64,000 nucleotides of DNA, from the NCBI GenBank assembly GCA_030390025.1, contig CM059425.1, positions 175,772,001 through 175,836,000 on the forward strand, in the 5' to 3' direction. A program made the position numbers and the translations under genes. The notes under the pieces are model-generated. The model was given only the letters and a program-made list of their open reading frames with translations. It was not told the DNA's origin and did no database searches. The stretch is from Squalus acanthias (taxonomy: Eukaryota). Below are positions 41,608 to 51,858 of the stretch, piece by piece. Every line of letters begins with the position of its first letter. Position 1 is the first letter of the stretch.

Positions 41608-41692
41608 TATAAAAATTGAACTTTCAAATGGGATGATAGATTCGCTGTAAAGGGGCAAAGCGATTCTCGGCTTCAGAGCTAGCTCTGTAAGT
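41608..41692 (+). promoter_or_regulatory. LTR TATA box and candidate major splice donor in R
   Basis: tataaaaa at 41608-41615 and GTAAGT at 41687-41692, about +50 from the expected start site; same in the 3' LTR. Confidence 0.6.
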
Positions 41693-41704
41693 CTTCAACT
41701 CTTT

Positions 41705-42594
41705 GGGGGAGAAATTCAGTATCGCCCCATTTGGGGCGCAATTATCGGCCGGGCGCAAAGATTAGTGCCTGGCACTAATTATCGCCACCGACTGCAAACT
41801 TGACTTTTATCGCCCCTGGAGGTGATTGGAGCGCGAAATCAGGCGCTTCACACCTGTCTTAAGGCGCAAAGGCCGAGGAGCGAGGCGCTACCTCAGAGCG
41901 CTGGCGAAGTTCATGTAATGTCAGTCAGCAATGGAACACACACCCAATGGCACGGGCCAGTTCTTAAAGGGGATGGTTAATCTCACTTTCCATCCACATC
42001 CTGCTAATTGCAGCCTTGAATCTCGGCCTGGAGAGACCTGCACATCAAATCTGCTGGAAAGAATGGAGAGTACCAGGCAAAGAGCTCAGAGTGCAGCCCC
42101 CACAGTCTCTTCTAAATCGATACAAGGAATGGCAAATCAAAATGAACCTGCAAAGTGCTGCTCAGTACCCAAAACTCCTTCACACAACGTTGAAACTCTT
42201 CAGAAGTCTCTCTCTCTCTCTCTCAGAATGCATAGTTCAAAAATGGCACCAACAATAAAAGGCAGGTAGCGGTCAGCTTTAAATAGCGCTCCCCCTTTCC
42301 CTTCATGACTGCAGAACGCTCCACTCAAACTGTCGTTGCTAGCGTCAGGCAGTAAGGCAGGGGGTGCCACTCAATATCTGCTCCGGGGCGATACCGGGGC
42401 GTTGCGCACTCGACTGACGTCATGATCTGCCGGCGCTGGAGATCATGGCGGTAGTGTTTAGCGCCGCCGCAAAATGTCTAGTTAATTTCGCGAGTGGCGC
42501 AAACTTCGCCGCGCCTGCGCCCTAGATGCTTTGCGCCCCATTAGCGCCCTCTTAAGGCGCTAACGGGAGGCGCAACCAACTGAATTTTTCCCCC
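41705..42594. mobile_element. Harbinger-type MITE inserted in the 5' LTR
   Basis: TIR gggggagaaattcag / ctgaatttttccccc; TSD ttt; absent from the 3' LTR. Confidence 0.92.
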
Positions 42595-43143
42595 TTTGTA
42601 TCTCGGGGATCAAGGTATTGTATTTGATTTTGGTGGATTTCCTGGAATAAAGACTAAGCACTGTATAAATATAATGAAGTTAAGATTTGAGAATAAGGAT
42701 CTCTGATAATAGAATTGTAAGATTTCTGTTTTTGGTACTGTTAAAGTTGCGATTGAATCACCAACTGTAAATTACATGTCGGTTCTTTAATAAATCTATA
42801 TATTTTTAGAATTGTCTCACAAAACACTTCTGTATCAAACTCGCAAACTCAATCTCTGTACGCTCTTTGGTGAGGAGTTGTAGAATACTGAGGGAGTTTT
42901 CCGGACCCTCATAATATTCGGAACGTTACAGTCTAGTTAAACTTATTAAAAGTGCTATCTGGTGGATGGTAACAACTCCAGGTTGTTCCTTTCCTTTAGG
43001 GAGAGATAGTCTGGACCTTTAGACCCAATTAAGCGTCTTTTGGATTTGGCTACCTCAAACTTTAGTTGAAAGTGAACGTCTGGGGAATACGCCTGATCCG
43101 GGGTAGCCCTAAAGGGGCTCGGACCAGTAATTATCCCTTCAGT

Positions 43144-43157
43144 TGGCGCCCAACGTG
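43144..43157 (+). promoter_or_regulatory. Primer binding site, tRNA-Lys1,2 type
   Basis: tggcgcccaacgtg, the first 14 nt of the foamy virus PBS TGGCGCCCAACGTGGGGC, 2 nt after the LTR end. Confidence 0.9.
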
Positions 43158-43397
43158 TGTGTTAACGAGTTGATACAGAACCTATACTTAAATTTATATC
43201 TATATCCATCTTGTAGATTGTTAAGTATAGAAGGAGTGTTTTACTGACAGTGGTACTAAGACCCAGGTTTAAATCGCTAGAGACGGCAAGTCCCTGATCA
43301 GGCCTTCTAGAACTTAAATCAAAACTCCCTCAATATACCATTGAGGTCTAGAAATTTCTTATAAAGTTCATATTAACCGAGGTTAGGTCCTGACGAA

Positions 43398-44974
43398 ATG
43401 GCAAACCCTGTCGGAATTGGCCAAGTCTTTTTATTAGGAAATTCAAATGATTGCTTTATTAGGGGAAATAACCCTATCCCTGTACCTCCACAAAACCAAG
43501 TGCTAATTTTTGAAATAGAAGGCTTTGATGCCGACGGAGCCGTTAGAACTCATGGCACGATTGATGTTGATCCTCAGAACCAGGGGATACAGAATATCCG
43601 GTGGGATAATCAAACAAATACTCCAAATCCACTAAATTCCTTAATGATAAGGTGCACACCCACACAATTGGGGGGCCTAATGAACGGTGCCCAACAAGGT
43701 GGTGGCAACCATGGCCAAATAGTAGGACCCGGAGCAGCCGATGATCCCGGGGGCCATGGATTCTGGTTAAGGTGGCAAGCTCATGATGAAATAAATGACC
43801 AGAATCTTCGAGAAAACTATAGACAGCTTAGAATCCATTATAATCAATGCCGACAGGCACTAGCTCAATCTTATCTAAATGCTGGAGGTGCAATGATTAC
43901 TGGTCCAGTAAGCCAACCCCAGCAACCACACATTGCACCCCTAGGTCAAGTAAACCTGAGCTCTATCTACACAATGTGTGGTAGACCGAGAAACACCAGC
44001 CAGGAAAAAACCTGCTGGATTCTAACTAACCTTGATAAATTGGAAACCTGTTGCCAAGATTGGAATGCCCAACACCTGAGGCAACTAATACAAATGATAC
44101 TAAGTTCAGACTTAATTCCCCCATTAAACCAGTGTAACAACTGGGTTCAAATATACGCTTATATTCTCACGGCAACTCAGGGAGGGCATGTAATGGGTTC
44201 CATCAAGGAAATACTCACTAATTCAGCCACAACTAAAGGGCTGGTAGCTGCCTACAGATTAGGCAAAGTACTTACACAGGATAACTGGGACATTGTCCAC
44301 GGTTGCCTGGCCAATCAATATCAAAATACAGCCCTCAAACTTGCCTGTGAGGGTGCTCTAAATGATTATCGAGATGACCAACAAAGATGGGATAATGTCA
44401 ATCGCATTATCCAATTAAATCATGATTCTTAGGTCTACCCCAAACTAAACCTATAATGAGATCAGAAACTAGGGATAAAAAAACTGGAGAAGGTAACTTT
44501 GGTACTCAGAAACAAGGACTGTATAGACCCAAGTCTCAAGTCCACCTCGCCCAGACACAAACTCGTGGCTCGGGACCCCCAAGAGGGTATTGCAGAAGGT
44601 TTGCACCCCTAACTCGCCCACAATACGAGACAGATTTCTCCCCGGAAAGATGGGATAGATGAGGGGCTAGACCTCAAAAGGAAAGCGAAGGACAGTGGAC
44701 TCCCTATGGGGACAGCTTTTACACTGGCCCAAACTATCAGAGAGCTATGGGACGATACCAGGAAAACTGATATGGGGATCAAAAAGACTCCCAGCAGAAC
44801 CAACGTCCACCCCAACAGGAGGATCGACAAGATAATAAACGGTCCGACAAACCCCCTAAGGGATCTGGAAAACATGAAACCCCCAAGAGGGAGGAACAAA
44901 AATCAGTTAAAATAATTAAAGACAAAGCAGCAAATGAAACTCAGGATCCTGAGGATGAACAATCCCAGGATTGA
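43398..44974 (+). pseudogene. gag: Foamy-type Gag (344-aa open N-terminal/capsid part, then a frameshift and a polar G/R/Q-rich tail with two TGA stops)
   Basis: NLSSIYTMCGRP...CWI...CNNW...GLVAAYRLGKVLTQDNWDIVHG...SLGL parallels the prototype foamy capsid (IRSVTGEPP...GVATAYTLGMMLSGQNYQLVSG...ILGL); no Cys-His zinc knuckle. Confidence 0.88.
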
Positions 44975-47151
44975 ATTCCTGGCACCCAGCCAAGGCCTCT
45001 TGAATTCCCCTATGCCCTGGCAACCTTGCCCACAAACACACAAGTGAAGGCCCTGTTTGATACGGGAGCTGATTACACTGTAATAGATCCTGCAATTATA
45101 AAAACTAAGTGGACAGATTTGGGGAGCCCAATTTGTAAAAGACCATTAGGGGGATTCACACAAGACAAAACCAAAATAATTAATTTTTACAAAATACCTA
45201 TTACTATATATGGAATCACGGTGACCCTAGATGTAGGACTGGTACCACAATTGGCCTGTTCCCTCATTATAGGACAACCAGACATGAAACATTACCTTAA
45301 AATCTCAACCAGACCTATAGAAGCATCCACAGACCAGGATGACAGGGAAAAACATGTTCGGACACAGCTTGATCGAACTTGCCTAGAGGGGGGGAGGCAA
45401 AGACCTCCTCGAGCAACTCATTAATAGATACTACCCTTATCTACAACGCCATCCAAATCAATGTGGAAAGATAAACCTCAAACCCCACCCACTTGATGCT
45501 GGCTGGCACAAACCTAAAAAACAGTGGCCTATTCAAGACCACAAAGGAAAAATAGATCTCCTAACAACGCTCAAAGAACTAACAGAACAAGGTGTCTTAA
45601 TCAAAATGGCATCTAGAACTCATTCACCATTGTTTGGTGTTGCTAAACCAGATGGGAGGTGGAGATTAGTGGTCGATTATACAGCCTTAAATAAGGTAAC
45701 GGCCCCACATACTGCACAACAGCAAAATTCCACAGCCCTTCTCTCTGGAATCACGAGGGAAAAATATAAATCTTGTATTGATCTAGCAAACGGCTTCTGG
45801 TCACATCTAATCGAAAAAGATGATTGGCCAAAAACAGCGATGACTGGACCCGATGGTTATCAGTACTGCTGGACCAGATTGCCCCAGGGATTTCAAAACA
45901 GTCCCGTTCTCTTTTCAGCCCACATCATTGACCTTTTAAAAGACCTACCTAACGTCAATTCTTATGTGGATGATATATATCTGTCACATGACAATCTCCA
46001 AGAGCACTTGAAAGCCATTGATAGTGTTTTATCCAGACTTACAATTGCTGGGTACTTAATCAACATAAAAAAGAGTCAACTAGTTAGGGAAGAGGTAGAT
46101 TTTCTGGGCCTGCAAATAACTGGAAACGGTAGAGGATTAACTCAATCCTATAAAGAAAAATTAGCCACCATTCAATATCCTAAAACTCTGAAAAATCTGC
46201 AAGCAAGTTTAGGACTCCTGAATTTTGCTCGATCCTTTACACCAACCTTTGCCAAGCTCTCAGCACCCCTGTATGCTAGAGTGGGCGAAGCAGCAAAAGG
46301 ACCATTCATATTTTCACCAGACGATTACTCAAAATTGCAACAATTATGCCGAGAGGTACAAAAAGCCATAGACCTGGAACAGAGGGACCTACAAGTTCCC
46401 CTCAATATTCATCTCAGGTCATCACCTAAAGTGGCAGTTGCAGTTTTCTATAATGAAAAGAGCATAGTGCCCATTCAGTTCCATTCTTATAACTTTTCCA
46501 ATGTCGAAAGGAGGTACATTAAAAAAGAAAGGGTCATGACTATGGTAGTCCAATGCCTCATCAAGGCACGAACCCTTCAAGGGAAATACCCCATTACCAT
46601 CTATACTGAGATTCCCGATTTAAGATCAGTATTGAGGATGGCCTCTGATGAAAAAAGAGCCACCCAGATCCGATATGATAAATGGGCATCGTTCTTGAAT
46701 GATCCAACACTCATTTTTAAATTCCTCGCCCCGGAAATGGACTTAGAGCATCTCCCCATCATGGAGGATGATGATGCGGAGGAGGGAATCAGACAAATAC
46801 CTATGAGACCGCTTACAGAGTACCATCAAGTCATTTACTGTGATGGATCTTCAATGACGATTAAAAAAGGGACATCCCAACAATCCTCAGCTGGGATGGG
46901 GATAGTAGTAGGGACTTTTTGAGATTCCTATTCTTTTTATCCAGAAGAATTACTGTCCATACCCCTTGGCCATAGACAGCGCAATATGCTGAAGCCGCAG
47001 CATTACGGTATGCTTTAGAAAAGGCAGACCCTATTAAACCCACACTAATTTGTATGGATCGTGAATACTGTAAAGGAGGATATAACCAAGATCTAGTTTT
47101 CTGGGAACAAACAAATTTTACCAATCATAAGGGTAAACCCATAAAACATAA

Positions 47152-47369
47152 AAATGAGAAGTCGCACAACACCAGGTTATAGTCCAAAAGATTTATTTAA
47201 AATTACAAGCTTTCGGAGCTATCCTGCCCCTTCTTCAGATACCTGAAGAAGGGGCAGGATAGCTCTGAAAGCTTGTAATTTTAAATAAATCTGTTGGACT
47301 ATAAGCTGGTGTTGTGCGACTTCTCATTTTTGTCCACCCCAGTCCAACGCCGGCATCTCCGCATCATGA
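47152..47369 (+). mobile_element. Mini Penelope insertion (fold-back of the pLTR end with a hammerhead motif) in the RNase H region
   Basis: 13-bp TSD ccataaaacataa; ~88-bp inverted arms; CTGAAGA...GAAAGCTT core; similar to 18060-18181. Confidence 0.9.
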
Positions 47370-47814
47370 CCATAAAACATAAGTCATTGTGGGAAGAGAT
47401 TCTCCGTTCGAGAATGGAGAAACAGAATTGTCAGGTGATTCGTGTAAACGGGCATACCACTGGGACAGTACACTCAAAAGGAAACAGTCTTGCAGACGAA
47501 CAAGCAAAACGTTCAGTCTGCATGACACCCCCTCGAGAGGGGCCTGCCAATATTAGTGCAATCACTAGGGCAGAACGGGCAGCTAATCAGGATGAGGAAC
47601 TGATTCAGTTATTAGACCCAACAAAAGAGAATCCACCAGGATATCCACCAAAGTACTTTTACTCGGAAACCCCTATGGGTATTGTGCTAGTTAAGTTGCC
47701 CAAGGGAAACCGAGAAGTACCCCCGAGACACAAACAAAAACAGCTTGTAAAAGAAGCTCATGAGGGCATAGGTCAAGCACATTGTGGTGCCAGAACAACA
47801 TTTTGCAAATTGAC

Positions 47815-48239
47815 AACACGGTGGCATAGTGGTTAGCACTGGTGCCTCACAGCGCCAGGGACCCGGGTTCAAATCTGGCCTCGGGTGACTGTCTGTGTGG
47901 AGTTTGCACATTCTGCGTGGGTTTCCTCCGGGTGCTCCGGTTTCCTCCAACAGTCCAAAAATGTGCGGGCTAGGTTGATTTGGCTATGATAAATTGACCC
48001 TTAGTGTTAGGGGGGGATTAAATATGTGGGGTTACGGGGATAGGATGGGATATGTTAGGGGGAATTAAATACGTGGGGTTACGGGGATAGGGTGGGATAT
48101 GTGTCGGTGCAGGTTCGATGGGGATTCTGTGTGAGGAAAGCATGGACAGGGTACTGGATTTGGATGATCAGCCATGATCGTATTGAATGGTGGAGCAGGC
48201 TTGACAGGCCTACTCCTGCTCCTAGTTTCTATGTTTCTA
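47815..48239 (+). mobile_element. tRNA-derived V-SINE (HE1-like) with CR1 3' tail, inserted in the integrase zinc-binding domain
   Basis: A box tggcatagtgg, B box ggttcaaat, V-domain tgtgtggagtttgcacattct...gggtttcctccgggtgctccggtttcctcc, tttctatgtttctat tail, tgac duplication. Confidence 0.85.
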
Positions 48240-49209
48240 TGACTCCCTTATATTGGTGGCCAGGCATGCTTAAGACCTGTAAAACATACGTGGCAAATTG
48301 TGAGCCATGCTATTTAACCAATAAGCCATCACTAATTAAGCCACCACCATTGGCTCCTGTGAAAGCTGATGAGCCAATGGGAAAATTCTTTATCGACTTT
48401 ATTGGACCACTTCCCCCATCTTTGGGATACAGACATGTTCTCATTTGTGTAGATGGATGCACTTCCTTCTGCTGGCTGGTCCCCACAAAAACTGTTTCAG
48501 AAAATGTACTCGCCAATGCTATTACTGATATAATTATTGTAGCTGGTGCACCCAAAATCTTACACTCCGATCAAGGCAAAGCCTTTGTCTCCAAGGTCTT
48601 CAAAGACTACTGCGAACAAAGGGGGATTGGGTTAGAGCACAGCACGCCATGTCATCGGCAATCAGCGGGGCTGGTGGAACGTAAAAACCAGGAAGTAAAA
48701 AAGCTATTGGTCAAACTGTTGAGAATCAGGGGAAATAAGTGGACCACTGTCATTCCGGAGGTGCAGCTATCACTTAATAATGTGCCCGCATCTGCATCAG
48801 GGACAGTGTCCCCTAAAACTCCATATTATCTGATGTATGGGGTTGAGATGCATACACCGCTTACCCATTATTGCCTCTACATTCTCTGAGTCCTTGACCC
48901 GACAGCGACAGTTAGATTTAAAAAAAGAAGTAACAGAGGAGATTCATCAAATTGATCAGAGGATAAGGGAGGCAAATAGGCAGAAAAAATTGACAAACAA
49001 AGCATGGCAACCCCTAGTAGGAGAATGGGTACAGGAAAAGAAGTTCGAGCAAAAACCTGGTTTAAGACCGAAGTGGAAAAAACCTGTTCAAATACATTCT
49101 GTTATTAACGAAAGAACAGTTAAAATACATATTAATCAGCCGTATGGCAAGCATATTCTTAAAACTGTCTCCATAGAAAATCTCAAAATATGTCCTGCGG
49201 GATACCAAA

Positions 49210-49557
49210 ATGGAGGAATAATACAAGGTTCAGTCGTAAACTGTCTTTCAAGACCCAGCTTGGAGCACGACACAGGAAATGGATGTGATCGAACTACTGA
49301 CGACGGTCAGCCAGACGGTGTCGCCGACTCATCCACACGATGCTTGGCAAAGCCTCAGGAATTGGATTCGCGAAAAGCCACAACCGAAACAAGGAAAGAT
49401 CAACGAGTTACTTCAACGAAGGAGGAAGACACCGCGGATGAAGAAGGAATCAACTGAGCGCCTGGCAAGGCCTTTACGAAAACAAGAATCTCTCCACACG
49501 CCAGATCGAAGGAACAGCGTGTCAAGCTTCAGCTGGTTCCAAATGACGTCTCCTTGA
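49210..49557 (+). pseudogene. Short basic ORF overlapping the pol 3' end (accessory gene or env leader remnant)
   Basis: +1 frame relative to pol; 92-aa open part at 49279-49557; two stops upstream; no TM segment. Confidence 0.35.
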
Positions 49558-49833
49558 CTCGTATGAATAACTCACCTCTACGGAACGTATATCTGCCAAT
49601 TGGACATTCTAAGTACATGTTGTTTCGCTAATTGCATGACAATGTACCTATCATCCTTTTAAATTGTGTCAATTTAAAATAAGGCAAAACATTGTCCTAG
49701 GATGACTTAAAAGGAATTTTCATGTAGCACATGATTAGGCGCTTGTGAATTTCGTGACTTTAATTTGCTATTGTAACCTTATTAGTAACATTGACCAAAC
49801 TCTGTCTTGATGCTTGAGTTCATTTTTTTGGTC

Positions 49834-49841
49834 AAGAGGGG
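49834..49841 (+). promoter_or_regulatory. Polypurine tract
   Basis: aagagggg after a T run, just upstream of the 3' LTR. Confidence 0.85.
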
Positions 49842-49843
49842 TG

Positions 49844-51858
49844 TGTGAAGGAATAAGCCATATTCAGAAAAATACACCATTCTACGAAGGAATTCTAGCC
49901 TTATTAAAACATGGCATACTGGGTTTGGAAATCTAAAAACCTAACAATGGAGAAGCTGTAAACAGCATACAGGCTATTGAGATAAGATAAGTTGTTGACA
50001 CTGAATCAATAACCTTGTTGAAACAGGAGGTTGGAGGCTCCTAATGTCTGAGTCTTTGGAAAGAACACAATGGTACACCCAGTTAAGGTGTTTTAAAGTA
50101 CACTTTGTAAACAAACACAGAAAATTAAGAAACATATGCCTTCGTGGGAATGGCATCAAGTGGGGGAGGCACCAGCCATCACACTGTTTTTGTGTTGAAC
50201 TTGGAACACCTAGGAGACACGATTCTGTGTTGCAACCAGCTGAGGTGACTTAAGAATTGCATAGAAGACCTTGGTAAGAATGACATCAAATAGAGGCACC
50301 TGCTCCACATTGTTTTTTATGATAAGCTTCGAACACCTAAAGGAGAGACACGAGTCTGCAATGTTACCAGCTGAACTGACTGTAAGAATAGAAGGGGTCA
50401 GCAGAAAAATGACTAGAGATAATTAGCTTACATCAGCAGAAAACTTCAAAGGAAATACCACTGCAAAAGGGTATAAAAATTGAACTTTCAAATGGGATGA
50501 TAGATTCACTGTAAAGGGGCAAAGCGATTCTCGCTTCAGAGCTAGCTCTGTAAGTCTTCAACTCTTTTTATCTCGGGGATCAAGCTATTGGCCCAAAAAT
50601 TAGTGCCACTACGCGAGAGTACGCACTGCGTACTCTCGTGTATTCTGTCTCCAATTGCCGGTTTTCTGCATGCACTGCGCATGCGCTGAAAACCGGCACT
50701 TGGTGAATGGAAAAGGGGGCGGGTCCTAGGTGAACCGCGTGCGCGCTACAGGCTGCGCGCACGCTGTGCACTTAGTGGTTTCAACGCGCAGGTAAGTACG
50801 AAAGATTCTACACATAAAAAAAGGAGGAGTAAGACCCACTTTTAACAAGGTAAGTAGTGAATTAAGTATTATTTTGAATTCTTTTTAACAGGTATATCTT
50901 TTTTAGAGACTTTAAAGACAGGTAAGTTTATTTTTATAACTTTTTAAAAGATTTTAAATTTTTGAAAAAATTTAATTTTTTATTTAAAATGGTTAATTTA
51001 TTTAACTATACTTATTTTATTAATGTGATGGTTTTTAAAAAAAAATTAATTGAGGTTTAGCGGTTCTTTTGGGGGGTTATAGTATTCATAACTTTCCCAG
51101 CACTTATGTGAAAGTTATGAATGGAAGATGGTGTGCTGCCATTGACTCTAACTGAGTCACGTGATCCCACAGCTCGCACGAATTAACTACGCCGGTGGGA
51201 TACGCAAGCCCTGCACAGCAGCTGTCCAGAACATCAAGTTCGTGCGAGCTGGAACTGAAAAAGCCAACGCGCAGTGAGAGATCGCGGGGAAGCCTTACCC
51301 TCGCACGAAGGCTTCCTCACGAATTTTTGGGCCATTGTATTTGATTTTGGTGGATATCCTGGAATAAAGACTAAGAACTGTAAAAATGTAACGAAGTTAA
51401 GATTTGAGAATAAGGATCTCTGATAATAGAATTGTAAGATTTCTGTTTTTGGAACTGTTAAAGTTGCGATTGAATCACCAACTGTAAATTACATGTCGGT
51501 TCTTTAATAAATCTATATATTTTAAGAATTGTCTCACATAGCACTTCTGTATCAAACTCGCAAACTCAATCTCTGTACGCTCTTTGGTGAGGAGTTGTAG
51601 AATACTGAGGGAGTTTTCCGGACCCTCATAATATCCGGAACGTTACAGTCTAGCTAAACTTATTAAAAGTGCTATCTGGTGGATGGTAACATCTCCAGGT
51701 TGTTCCTTTCCTTTAGGGAGAGATAGTCTGGACCTTTAGACCCAATTAAGCATCTTTAGGATTCGGCTACCTCAAACTTCAGTTGAAAGTGAACGTCTGG
51801 GGAATACGCCTGATCCGGGGTAGCCCTAAAGGGGCTAGGACTAGTAATTATCCCTTCA
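49844..51858 (+). repeat. 3' LTR (~1268 bp without the MITE at 50590-51333)
   Basis: Colinear with the 5' LTR; followed by the cctg TSD. Confidence 0.95.
50590..51333 (+). mobile_element. Harbinger-type MITE inserted in the 3' LTR
   Basis: Perfect 12-bp TIR ggcccaaaaatt / aatttttgggcc; TSD att; absent from the 5' LTR. Confidence 0.92.

Larger units (their letters stand above)
40980..43141 (+). repeat. 5' LTR (~1269 bp without the MITE at 41705-42594)
   Basis: tgtgaagg...cccttca; near identical to 49844-51858; TATA tataaaaa at 41608; aataaa at ~42646 and ~42788. Confidence 0.95.
44955..49457 (+). pseudogene. pol: Foamy-type Pol (PR-RT-RNase H-IN) with frameshifts and two insertions
   Basis: FDTGA; KPDGRWRLVVDY; WTRLPQGFQNSP; YVDDIYLSHD; YCDGS...AGMGIV; GNSLADEQA; FFIDFIGPLPPSLGY; LHSDQGKAF; VERKN; WQPLVGEWVQEK. 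Confidence 0.95.
40980..51858 (+). mobile_element. Endogenous foamy-virus-like provirus, env-less
   Basis: Paired LTRs, CCTG TSD (40976-40979 / 51859-51862), Lys PBS, gag, pol with YVDD, PPT. Confidence 0.95.

Noticed and set aside
47818..47890. tRNA gene
   Set aside because: It is the tRNA-derived head of a V-SINE, followed by the V-domain and a CR1 tail.
48610..48740. Central polypurine tract in integrase
   Set aside because: Purine runs exist (aaaggggga) but there is no exact copy of the 3' PPT, so it cannot be supported.
49279..49830. Intact env gene
   Set aside because: Far too short, with no signal peptide, fusion peptide or TM helix.
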